64,000 bases of DNA from Nocardioides alkalitolerans (GTDB lineage Bacteria; Actinomycetota; Actinomycetes; Propionibacteriales; Nocardioidaceae). The stretch covers positions 2,943,814-3,007,813 of the forward strand of contig CP116227.1 of assembly GCA_038184435.1 (NCBI GenBank), written 5' to 3'. Under the pieces are notes generated by a model. That model made no database searches and was not told the DNA's origin. It saw nothing but the letters and a program-made list of their open reading frames with translations. Positions 1 through 8,791 of this stretch are shown here, in pieces (within the stretch, counting starts at the first letter, position 1; each line of letters opens with the position of its first letter). Made by a program: the position numbers and the translations under genes.

Positions 1-1608
1 CTCGACCCGCGCTGGGGAGGCGCGGCGGTCGCGGCGGTCGTCGCGGTGACGCTGGTGATCTCCGCCTGGGGCCTGCGCTCGTCGCGGACCACGAGCGACT
101 TCTTCGTGGCGTCGCGCCGGGTGCGGCCGATGCTCAACGCCTCCGCGATCGGCGGGGAGTACGTCTCGGCGGCGTCCTTCCTCGGGGTGGCCGGGCTGGT
201 GCTGGCCTACGGCGCGGAGATGCTCTGGTACCCGGTCGGCTGGACCGCCGGCTACCTCGTGCTGCTCGCCCTCGTCGCCGCCCCGCTGCGCCGCTCGGGG
301 GCCTACACGCTGCCCGACTTCGCCGAGGCGCGGCTGGCGTCGGGGCGGGTCCGCGCGGTGTCGGCCCTGCTCGTGGTGACGATCGGGTGGCTCTACCTGC
401 TGCCGCAGTTCCAGGGCGCCGGGCTGACGCTCGCGGTCGTGACGGGCGCGCCGTCGTGGCTCGGCGGGCCGGTCGTGGCGGTCGTCGTGCTCGTCGGCGT
501 CGCCTCGGGCGGGATGCGCTCGATCACGTTCGTGCAGGCGTTCCAGTACTGGCTCAAGCTCGCCGCCCTCCTCGCGCCGCTGGCCGTGCTCGTCGTGGTG
601 TGGCACGGCGACGGCCGCCCGCTGCCCCGGGACCTGGGCACGGGGCTCGCCGGGGCGGGCGCCGGCGACAGCTGGTCGACGCCCTTCGGCGGCGGCATCT
701 CCGGCCTGGCGGCCGGGCCGGAGGGGCTCTACCTCACCTACTCGGTCATGGTCGCGACGTTCCTCGGCGCCATGGGCCTGCCCCACGTGGTCGTGCGCTT
801 CTACACCAACCCCGACGGCCGCGCCGCCCGCCGCACGACCCTCGGGGTGCTCGGGCTGCTGGGGTTCTTCTACCTGCTCCCGCCCGTGTACGGCGCGCTC
901 GGCCGCGCCTACGACACCGACGGCGGGCTGGACGGCGCCGACACGATGGTGCTGCGCCTGCCGGGGCTCATGACCGACGGGCTGCTCGCCGACTCCCTCA
1001 CGGCCGTGCTGACCGCGGGGGCGTTCGCCGCCTTCCTCTCCACCTCCTCCGGCCTCACCATCGCCGTGGCGGGCGTGCTCAGCCAGGCCGTGACCCCCTC
1101 GGGCCGCGGGGGGCGCACGGTGGCGGGGCGCGGCGTACCGGCCCCGGTGCGGCAGCTGCTGCCGCGCTGGCGGGTCGAGCCCGTGACGGCCTTCCGGGTC
1201 GGCGCCGTGCTGGCCGTGACGGTGCCGTGCGCCGCGGCTCTGGTCTCCCCCGGCCTGCCCGTGGCGCGCTCCGTCGGTCTCGCCTTCGCCGTCGCCGCCT
1301 CGACCTTCTGCCCCCTCCTCGTGCTGGGGATCTGGTGGCGCGGCCTCACCGACGTCGGTGCGCTCGCCGGGCTCGTCGTGGGCGGGCTCGGCTCCGGCGT
1401 CGGCGTGGTCGCCGCGCTGCTGGTGCCCGACGCGGGCGGCGGGTGGGGTACGGCGCTGCTCACCCAGCCCGCCGCCTGGAGCGTGCCGCTCGCGTTCGCC
1501 GTCATGGTGCTGGTCAGCCGGGCCACACCGCGGCGCGTGCCGGTGGGCGTCGACCGGTTCATGGTGCGGCTGCACACGCCCGAGACCGTGCCGCTGGACC
1601 GGGGCTGA
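1..1608 (+). CDS. Sodium:solute symporter, cation/acetate symporter ActP-like (5' partial; frame is open from base 1)
   Basis: Many TM helices; SSS motifs NASAIGGEYVSAASFLG, GLPHVVVRFYTNPDG, AAFLSTSSGL. Confidence 0.85.
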   Translation, partial: LDPRWGGAAVAAVVAVTLVISAWGLRSSRTTSDFFVASRRVRPMLNASAIGGEYVSAASFLGVAGLVLAYGAEMLWYPVGWTAGYLVLLALVAAPLRRSGAYTLPDFAEARLASGRVRAVSALLVVTIGWLYLLPQFQGAGLTLAVVTGAPSWLGGPVVAVVVLVGVASGGMRSITFVQAFQYWLKLAALLAPLAVLVVVWHGDGRPLPRDLGTGLAGAGAGDSWSTPFGGGISGLAAGPEGLYLTYSVMVATFLGAMGLPHVVVRFYTNPDGRAARRTTLGVLGLLGFFYLLPPVYGALGRAYDTDGGLDGADTMVLRLPGLMTDGLLADSLTAVLTAGAFAAFLSTSSGLTIAVAGVLSQAVTPSGRGGRTVAGRGVPAPVRQLLPRWRVEPVTAFRVGAVLAVTVPCAAALVSPGLPVARSVGLAFAVAASTFCPLLVLGIWWRGLTDVGALAGLVVGGLGSGVGVVAALLVPDAGGGWGTALLTQPAAWSVPLAFAVMVLVSRATPRRVPVGVDRFMVRLHTPETVPLDRG

Positions 1609-2761
1609 CGGGCCCGTTCTCGCGGCGCGGCGGCAGGAGCAGGGTGCCGCGGTGGATCCCGCGCACCGTGCGGGCGGCGACCACCGCCCACGCGACGAGC
1701 AGCAGGACGAGGAGCAGCCCCGCGAGCACCTGCAGCGCCACGAGGCGCGTGGCGGCCGCCAGGCCCGAGGTGCCGGTGACGAGGGTGCCGACCGGGAACG
1801 TGAACGACCACCAGGCGAGACCGAAGGGGAGCCCGACCCGCGCCGTACGGGCGGTGACGACCACGGCGAGGGCCAGCCACAGCAGCGCGAAGCCGAGGAC
1901 GGGGACGCCGTAGAGCAGCGTGGTCGCCGCGAAGGCCCGCCCGAGGGGAGCGCCGAGGACATCGGGGGCGAGCTGCCCGAGGTGGTGGGTCGCGGTGATC
2001 GACTGTCCCAGCGGCCCAAGCACGAGCCACAGGGTCGGGACCGTGGCCGCGGCACCCACGCCGTGCCGGACGAGGCGCTGCCAGATGAGCACCGTCGTCA
2101 GGGCGCAGGCCACCAGGCTCAGGCCGACGAACATGGCGCAGAAGGTCAGCATCGTCCGCTGGGCCTGCCCGGCCGGGAGGTGCGGGACCAGCAGGGCGCC
2201 GGTCGCGGCGCTCACCATCGGCGGCACGACGGACAGCAGCCAGGTGCCGGACGCCGCGTCGGCGCCGACGTCGTGGCGGGTGAACGCCGTGCACGGCACG
2301 AGCACGGCGGTGAGGAGGCCGAGCGCCGTGCCCACCGTCCAGAGCGTCACGTCCACGACGAGCGCTGGGCCGGTGCCGAGGACGCGGTGGCCGACGAGCA
2401 GGGTCGCGGCGCCGACGACCATGAGCGCCATGGCCGGCGCGCCGTAGAAGTGGGCCATCACCGGGTCGGCGAGGTGGCCGCGGGCCGCGGCGGAGTGGCG
2501 GATCCAGTGGCCGACCGTGGCCACGGCGACGGCGAGGAGCGCGGCCGAGGCCAGCAGCCAGAACGCGAGCGCCGCGGGAGCCGCGCCCGGCAGGGCGAAG
2601 GGCAGCGAGGCGAGCGCGACGGCGACGATGCCGGTGCCCATGACCGGCGCGAACCAGTTGGGCCCGATGTGGGCCAGGGCGGGGGCTCCGTCGAGGTCGC
2701 GCAGGAAGCCGGTGCGCGAGAAGCCGGTGCGCGGGTCGCGCTCGGCGGTGAGGGCGGTCAT
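1559..2761 (-). CDS. TDT/SLAC1-family anion (C4-dicarboxylate/tellurite/sulfite) transporter
   Basis: PNWFAPVMGTGI, WWSFTFPVGT motifs; about 10 TM helices; ATG at 2761; divergent LysR. Confidence 0.85.
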   Translation of the reverse strand: MTALTAERDPRTGFSRTGFLRDLDGAPALAHIGPNWFAPVMGTGIVAVALASLPFALPGAAPAALAFWLLASAALLAVAVATVGHWIRHSAAARGHLADPVMAHFYGAPAMALMVVGAATLLVGHRVLGTGPALVVDVTLWTVGTALGLLTAVLVPCTAFTRHDVGADAASGTWLLSVVPPMVSAATGALLVPHLPAGQAQRTMLTFCAMFVGLSLVACALTTVLIWQRLVRHGVGAAATVPTLWLVLGPLGQSITATHHLGQLAPDVLGAPLGRAFAATTLLYGVPVLGFALLWLALAVVVTARTARVGLPFGLAWWSFTFPVGTLVTGTSGLAAATRLVALQVLAGLLLVLLLVAWAVVAARTVRGIHRGTLLLPPRRENGPVSPGPAARSRACAAAP

Positions 2762-2807
2762 GGCTCCAGCGTGCTGGCGGCGGGGCGCCACGGGAACCCG
2801 TCAGGAG

Positions 2808-2835
2808 CTTGTGACCTCACAAGGCCAGCCTGTGG
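2808..2835. promoter_or_regulatory. Candidate LysR operator between the TDT transporter and LysR genes
   Basis: Palindrome CTTGTGA-CC-TCACAAG (2808-2823) overlapping the near-palindrome TCACAAG-N5-CCTGTGG. Confidence 0.5.
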
Positions 2836-2854
2836 GCAGCGGTAAGGTCGCCTT

Positions 2855-3781
2855 GTGACACTCCCCGACCTGGACTCCCTGCGCCTGCTCGAGGCCGTGG
2901 CCCGCACCGGCAGCATCGGGACGGCCGCCCGCGAGGCCGGGGTGTCCCAGCAGGCGGCGTCCCAGCGCCTGCGCACGATGGAGGCCGAGCTGCGCCTGCC
3001 GCTGCTGCAGCGCGGTCCGTCGGGCTCGACCCTCACCCCGTCCGGTCGGCTCGTCGTCGAGTGGAGCACGGCGGTGCTGGCACGCGCCGACGAGATGGAG
3101 GCGGCGGTGCAGACCCTGCGGGACCAGCGCTCCGGCGAGCTCCACGTCTACGCGTCGATGACGACCGCCGAGCACCTCGTGCCCCGGTGGCTCGTGCGCC
3201 TCCGGAGCGAGAGCGCGGTGCACGCCTCGCTCGTCGCCGCCAACACGGGCGCCGTGGTCGACGCCGTGCGTCGCGGCGAGGCGGACGTGGGATTCACCGA
3301 GGGGTCCGGCGACCTCGTGGGCCTCGCCCGCCAGGTCGTGGGCGGCGACCGGCTCACCCTCGTGGTCGCCCCCGACGACCCGTGGGCGGGTCGACGCGCG
3401 GTGACCGCCGCGGCGGTCAGCGGCCGGCGCCTCACCAGCCGGGAGCCCGGCTCCGGCACCCGGCAGGTCGCGGAGGACGCGTTCCGGGCCGCGGGGCACG
3501 CGCTCGCGGTCCCGGAGGTCGAGCTCACCACCAACGCGGCCGTCCTCGCCACGGTCCGCGCCGGCGGCGCCCCGGCCCTGCTCAGCGACCTCGCCCTCGT
3601 CGGGGCGAGCGACCTCGTCGTGCTGCCCGTGCGGGGGGTCGACCTGACCCGGCAGTTCCACGCAGTATGGCTCGGGGGCAGCCGGCCCCCGGCGGGCCCG
3701 GTCCGCGACCTGCTCGGCGTCGCCGGGCGCGTGCCGCCGCAACGGGCCCGACCGGCGCCTCCGGCTGCTGCGGGGCGGTAG
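2855..3781 (+). CDS. LysR family transcriptional regulator
   Basis: N-terminal HTH GSIGTAAREAGVSQQAASQRLRTME followed by a substrate-binding domain with REPGSGTR. Confidence 0.92.
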   Translation: MTLPDLDSLRLLEAVARTGSIGTAAREAGVSQQAASQRLRTMEAELRLPLLQRGPSGSTLTPSGRLVVEWSTAVLARADEMEAAVQTLRDQRSGELHVYASMTTAEHLVPRWLVRLRSESAVHASLVAANTGAVVDAVRRGEADVGFTEGSGDLVGLARQVVGGDRLTLVVAPDDPWAGRRAVTAAAVSGRRLTSREPGSGTRQVAEDAFRAAGHALAVPEVELTTNAAVLATVRAGGAPALLSDLALVGASDLVVLPVRGVDLTRQFHAVWLGGSRPPAGPVRDLLGVAGRVPPQRARPAPPAAAGR

Positions 3782-3811
3782 GCGCGGCGTACCGGCGCGG
3801 GCGCCGGGGCC

Positions 3812-4825
3812 TCAGCCGCGGGGCAGCTCCTTCTCGCCGGCCGCGGCTGGCGGCGCGAGGTGGGCCGGGAACGCGGCGGCGGTGGCCTCGTCCTCGGTGG
3901 TGAAGCACATGCGCGCGAAGTCCACGCCGAACGGCGTGAGGTGGAGGCTCCGGCGGAGCACCTTGGGGAACTTGACCGAGTGCATCGCCGCGAGCACGTC
4001 GGGCTGGGCCTCCACGACCTGGTAGCGCAGCAGGTCGTCGAGCGCCTCCGACGACTGCCAGACGAGGCCGAGGCGGGAGAGGTTGTTGAGGTACTGCGGC
4101 ACGAGGTCCACGTGGCGCAGCCCCGCGCGTGCGCCGATCATGTTGAGGCCGCGCGCGACGAGCTGCGAGTTGACCATGCCGACCGGGCCGCCGGTGCGGA
4201 CGTCCACCGACGGCTGAGGTCCGTCCTTGAGCAGCAGCACGATGATGCGGGCCTCGTCGGGGGCGAGGTCGCCGAGGATGCGCTCGTAGGCCGGGTGGCC
4301 GGTCTCCGGGTGCCACACGTCGCGCGACTGCTCGAGCAGCTTGGCGCCCTTCGCCCGGAGCCGCTCGGCCTCGGACTCGCGACGGGACAGGCCACCGCCC
4401 TCGGGGACGGGCGGGACGGCCGTCTCCCCCGGCAGCCGCAGCTGCGCGACCGCCTGCGAGAGCGGCAGCCCCGACGACACGCCCCTGGCGATGCCGGCGA
4501 CCACGGCCGCGGCCTCGTTGAGGTCACGCGAGAGCTCGGCGGCCGCTTGCGGGTCGACCATGGCGCGGGCGAGCTTGAGGCCGGTGCGGGTCGAGGCGGT
4601 CACGCCCCACTCGGCGGTGTGCAGCGCCGTCGCGGCGGCGATCCGGGCGAGACCGGGGAGCGCGTCGACGGCCGGGCTCAGCGTGGCCGGGACCCGGTCC
4701 GAGATCGCGTCGGCCAGCGCCGTGGGCACGAGCGAGCTGCGGCGGGCCGGGACGAGGGCCGCGAAGCCGCGACGACGCGGCGGGGGCAGGGCGCGCGGAG
4801 GACGGTGCTGACCGCTGTCGCTCAC
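3812..4825 (-). CDS. Abi-alpha-like (DUF4393) protein
   Basis: HPAYERILGDLAPDEARII...YLNNLSRLGL...LTPFGVDFARMC winged-helix-like C-terminus; GTG start overlaps the upstream TGA (GTGA); family recognised from memory. Confidence 0.6.
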   Translation of the reverse strand: MSDSGQHRPPRALPPPRRRGFAALVPARRSSLVPTALADAISDRVPATLSPAVDALPGLARIAAATALHTAEWGVTASTRTGLKLARAMVDPQAAAELSRDLNEAAAVVAGIARGVSSGLPLSQAVAQLRLPGETAVPPVPEGGGLSRRESEAERLRAKGAKLLEQSRDVWHPETGHPAYERILGDLAPDEARIIVLLLKDGPQPSVDVRTGGPVGMVNSQLVARGLNMIGARAGLRHVDLVPQYLNNLSRLGLVWQSSEALDDLLRYQVVEAQPDVLAAMHSVKFPKVLRRSLHLTPFGVDFARMCFTTEDEATAAAFPAHLAPPAAAGEKELPRG

Positions 4826-6165
4826 TGACCCCCCACTCCGAAGATCCACAGGTGGAGGAACCCGCCGGCCGCCCCCATGATCGCGCCGTGAGCGTAGAGC
4901 ATCCACTCGTCCTCCTTGATGGCCGCTCGCATCATCTCGACGAAGTCCCGTGGCGGGAGCTCCTTCGTGCGCTGGGCGATCAGGGTGCGGATCTTCTCGG
5001 ACTGGCGCGCGGAGAAGGCCGGGTCTTGGAACGGCTTGAGCGTGCGGCCCACCGCCTCCTGGGCGACGGAGTCCTTGATGGTGTCGAAGCGGGTCGTGCC
5101 CACGGCGACCCGGACGGCCGCACGGGCCGGGCCGATCGCGCCGTCGATGGCGGGCTTGAGCGCGGTCGCGAGCATCTGTCGCGTGCGGTCGCCCCGCGGA
5201 CCGTCGAGGAGGAAGTCGCCGATCCGCTCCAGCGTGATGACGTCGCTCGCGATGTGCTGCGCGTAGATCTCCGCCGCGGCGGCCTGGCGCCGGGGGAAGA
5301 GGCCCTGCAGCGTGAAGGGCCCGATCTTGCGAGGCTCCGGCGGGTCGAAGATCAGCCACATGCCGAGCAGGTTGGTGATCCAGCCGACGATGACGCCCAT
5401 GACGGGCAGGGCCCACCACTGGCCGAAGGCGTGGTCGATGATCGCGACGGGGATGCCGAGCAGGAAGCCGAAGATCGCCCCGAAGACCACCATCAGCCGC
5501 AGCTCGCGCGCACCGAAGTCGCGGAAAATCCGGACCACGAGGTCGGGGTTCTGCTCGAAGTGGTCGATCACCATGATCTTCGGGTCGAGCAGTTGGTCGA
5601 TGTGGATGCCGATCTCGGTCGTCACGCGGCGTACCACCTGCGGGAGCTGCGCCTGCACCCGCTCCACGACGGCCGAGCGGACCGGGCGCGGCAGGTCGTG
5701 CCACAGCCGGGGGTGCTCGCGCTCCATCACCTGGTTCACCAGGTCGGGGATGTCGGGCGAGAACATCTCGACGATGTGCTCGGCGATCTTCTCCGGCTCC
5801 AGCTCCTGGTAGAACTCCGCAGGCGTGCCGAGCTTCGCGATCGCCTTGTCGACGGCGATGCTGCCCATCTTCCCGGCGCGCGCGGGCACGATCCCCTGCC
5901 ACCCGAGACCGCCCGAGAGGAACCCGGGGATCTCCTGCACCTTGCGCGGCGACGCCGTCGCCAGCTCCTTGAGCCCCGGCACGCGGAAGCCGTGGAAGTG
6001 CGTCGGCGAGAACAGCATCCACAGGCCCGACCAGTTGATGAGCCAGCCGATCACGGACGTGAAGACGGGGATGGACCAGAAGTGGACCCAGTTCATGTGC
6101 GCGAGGTAGTCGCGCAGCCAGTCCAGCGCTGCTTCGAGCGTCGACCTCACCACCTCGTGCCGCAC
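4822..6165 (-). CDS. DUF445 family membrane protein
   Basis: Two repeats of IGWLINW/VGWITN TM + GWQGIVP/QGLFPRRQ; C-terminal EWMLYAHGAIMG. Confidence 0.8.
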   Translation of the reverse strand: MRHEVVRSTLEAALDWLRDYLAHMNWVHFWSIPVFTSVIGWLINWSGLWMLFSPTHFHGFRVPGLKELATASPRKVQEIPGFLSGGLGWQGIVPARAGKMGSIAVDKAIAKLGTPAEFYQELEPEKIAEHIVEMFSPDIPDLVNQVMEREHPRLWHDLPRPVRSAVVERVQAQLPQVVRRVTTEIGIHIDQLLDPKIMVIDHFEQNPDLVVRIFRDFGARELRLMVVFGAIFGFLLGIPVAIIDHAFGQWWALPVMGVIVGWITNLLGMWLIFDPPEPRKIGPFTLQGLFPRRQAAAAEIYAQHIASDVITLERIGDFLLDGPRGDRTRQMLATALKPAIDGAIGPARAAVRVAVGTTRFDTIKDSVAQEAVGRTLKPFQDPAFSARQSEKIRTLIAQRTKELPPRDFVEMMRAAIKEDEWMLYAHGAIMGAAGGFLHLWIFGVGGQ

Positions 6166-6244
6166 GGCGTCGTTGCCGCTGGTCAGTCCCTGTGCGCACC
6201 GTAGCGCCCGGACGGGCGTCGCGGCCCCGGTACGACGGGCAGGA

Positions 6245-6267
6245 ATGTGACATCCATGCTGTCACAT
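6245..6267. promoter_or_regulatory. Perfect inverted repeat, candidate transcription factor operator
   Basis: ATGTGACA-N7-TGTCACAT in the divergent DUF445/DUF4333 intergenic region. Confidence 0.45.
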
Positions 6268-6371
6268 CGGGTGAACGGCGGGGGTGGCGTCGGGTCACGG
6301 TGCGGGGCGGGATCGCCCTTGGATGCCGGGACTAGCGTCGACGCACTGCCGTCCCTCGGAAGGTCCTCGCC

Positions 6372-6674
6372 ATGAACCGACTTCTCGCCGCCGCTGCGAC
6401 CGGCGCCTCCGTGCTCCTGCTGAGCGCCTGCTCGGGCGGCACCGTCGACCAGGACGACCTCGAGGAGCAGGTGAAGTCGTCCTTGACCGAGACCGTCGGC
6501 CAGGCGCCGAAGGACATCGACTGCCCCGACGAGCTCGAGGCGGAGGAGGGCGCCACTACCACCTGCGTGCTGACCGCCGACGACGACAGCACGATCGACG
6601 TCGACGTCGAGGTGACAGGCGTCGACGGCGACCGCGTCGACCTCGACATCCAGGTGGCCGACGAGGTCAACTGA
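6372..6674 (+). CDS. DUF4333 domain lipoprotein
   Basis: Lipobox LSAC; DCPDELEAEEGATTTCVLT pattern. Confidence 0.8.
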   Translation: MNRLLAAAATGASVLLLSACSGGTVDQDDLEEQVKSSLTETVGQAPKDIDCPDELEAEEGATTTCVLTADDDSTIDVDVEVTGVDGDRVDLDIQVADEVN

Positions 6675-6798
6675 CGCGGTTGAGCGCGTCGAGTCGTCAC
6701 CTACGCCGCGGTGGCGGTGAGGACGCGTCGCTGCGTACGTGGCAGCTCGACGACGACCCCGGGTCAGTCATCCACAGATCACCACCGAGAGGTGGTCG

Positions 6799-6821
6799 TC
6801 GCACGTTTGTTCGACTAGAGT
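6799..6821 (+). promoter_or_regulatory. Actinobacterial LexA (SOS) box plus -10 element of the DUF222-HNH gene
   Basis: TCGCAC-GTTT-GTTCGA (6799-6814), one mismatch to TCGAAC-N4-GTTCGA; TAGAGT at 6816-6821, 7 nt before the ATG at 6829. Confidence 0.7.
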
Positions 6822-6828
6822 GGGCGGC

Positions 6829-8314
6829 ATGGATCGGGGGACCCACACCATTGCGACCGCGTTGATCGACGCGGTCCGCGAGCGCACGCGAGCGGCTCGT
6901 GTGGCGGAGGCGGCTGCCTTCGTCGCCGTGGGCGACTGGGCCGCTTTCCACACGTCGGACGCTGTGGTGGGTGATCCGATCACGGTGCTGGGCGAGTGGC
7001 ACGACGAGCAGCACGTCGCGGCGTTGGCGGGGGATCAGTTCCTCGAGCTGGGCGGGCCGGGGGCGCCGGTGGTGGCGGAGTTCTGCATCGGCGAGATCGC
7101 CGCCGCCCGCGGCTCCTCGTTCGACGCTGCGCGACGTCTGGTGGGGGACGCGGTTGAGCTGCGGTACCGCCTCCCGCGCGTGCACGCCCGCATCGCCGCG
7201 GGTGAGGTCGACGTCTGGCGCGGCCCGGCGGATCGCCCAGGCCACCCGCTCCCTGACCGTCGAGGCAGCGAGCTTCGTGGACCGGCACATTGCGTACGTC
7301 GCGGGCAAGGCCACCGGCCCCGAGGTCGACCGCCTCGTCGCCGAAGCCGCAGCACTGTTCGACCCGGAGACCACCGAAGCCGAACGCCACGCGGCTGACG
7401 GCGGCCGGTACCTCGCCATCGACCTCGACGACCTCGCCTATGCGGACCCGTTGACCGGGACCCTGCGGGGCACGGTGAACGTCCACGGCTCGCTGGATTT
7501 GGCTGATGCGCTCGACCTGGAACGGACCGTCGCGCACGTTGCCCGCCAGCTCGCCGAGCTCGGGCACGACAGCGACCTCGACGTCCGCCGCTCCGTGGCC
7601 CTCGGCGAGATCGCCCGGCGCTGCGACGGCGTGACCACGCTGGAGTACGGCGCCGGTGAAGCGCCGAACGGAGACCAGCCACAGCCGGTCCAGCGGGCCC
7701 GGCGCGAGGTGGTGCTCTTCGTGCACCTCGACCAGGCCGCGATCACCGGCACCCTCAACGGCACCGGTCCCGGCATCGAAACCTGCACCGGCATGACCGG
7801 CATCGACCTCGCCCGGCTCGACACCCCGGGCGCACCTCGCGGGGTCGTCACCGTCGAGCAGGTCCAGACCTGGTGCGCCGCCCCAGACACGACGGTGACG
7901 GTCAAGCCGATCATCGACCTCAACCAGCACGACGCCGTCAACGGCTACACCCCACCCGACCGCATCGCCGACCACGTCCGCGCCGCATGGCCCCGCTGCG
8001 TCTTCCCCTACTGCACCCGCAGCTCGCGCACCGCCGACCTCGACCACAGCCACCCCTACGAGGCGGACGGCCCACCCGGCCAAACCTCCACCCGCAACCT
8101 GTTCCCGCTCTGCCGACGCCACCACCGCATGAAGACCCACCGCGAGATGACCACCGGCAACACATGGACCTACCGGCCCACCGACCCCAGCAGAGGCGAG
8201 CCACCGAACGCCCTCCTCTGGACCAGCCCCCTGGGCCAGCGCTACCTCGTCGACCACGACGGCACCCGACCCTGGCCACCACCAGGACCTGATCAAGAAC
8301 CAGACGGCGCCTGA
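6829..8314 (+). pseudogene. DUF222/13E12-repeat-family HNH endonuclease, frameshifted by +1 at about 7222
   Basis: N-part ELRYRLPRVHARI..VWR and C-part RRIAQATR...CVFPYC..DLDH..NLFPLCRRHHRMKT join as W-R-A-R-R-I if one G at 7222/7223 is removed. Confidence 0.8.
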
Positions 8315-8329
8315 CCAACAAGCACACCG

Positions 8330-8360
8330 CCGCCCGGCCACACCCCGTGGACGGGCGGCG
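8330..8360. terminator. GC hairpin between convergent genes
   Basis: gccgcccg-gccac-acccc-gtgg-acgggcggc imperfect stem-loop. Confidence 0.4.
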
Positions 8361-8382
8361 AAACATGCCCGCGGGCGGTGGC

Positions 8383-8646
8383 TCAGATCCAGCGGGCGCC
8401 GATCTCGTCGTGGAGCTGCTGGGTCTTCTGCACCAGCAGGACCCCGTTCTCGACCTTGGTCTCGAGCCCGCACGCCTCGGCGATCCCGATGATGGCGTCG
8501 CGCGCCGCAGGATCGTCGGCGGAGCTGCCGCCGTCCCACAGCTGCAACCAGCGGTCGGTGGAGTCGTCGCTCCCGCAGTCGGCCCAGACACGGCAGATCA
8601 TGTCGAGCTCGTCCTGGGTCATGGGGCGGGTGGGGGTGGCGTACAC
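8383..8646 (-). CDS. Small hypothetical protein (87 aa)
   Basis: GAGGAG RBS upstream of the GTG at 8646; acidic, globular-looking composition. Confidence 0.6.
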   Translation of the reverse strand: MYATPTRPMTQDELDMICRVWADCGSDDSTDRWLQLWDGGSSADDPAARDAIIGIAEACGLETKVENGVLLVQKTQQLHDEIGARWI

Positions 8647-8791
8647 CGCGGTCTCCTCGTCTCTCGATGGGCGGGTCTGCTGTACCCCGGATCTCACCGT
8701 TCACGCCCGCGTTCCCCACCGGCTGCCCGGCGCGGCAGCTGCCGGCGCAGCACCGGGCGTGCCCCGGTGCCGCGCCGGCATCATCCGTACC

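Noticed and set aside
6245-6267. CRP/GlxR site
   Set aside because: TGTGA and TCACA are 11 nt apart rather than 6; kept only as an unknown operator.
3812-6298. 828-aa ORF suggesting a fusion upstream of the Abi-alpha-like gene
   Set aside because: The N-terminal part overlaps DUF445 in another frame; the GTGA coupling at 4822-4825 gives a better start.
6675-8380. DUF222-HNH region as a defined insertion sequence
   Set aside because: No terminal inverted repeats, target duplication or transposase motif could be identified.
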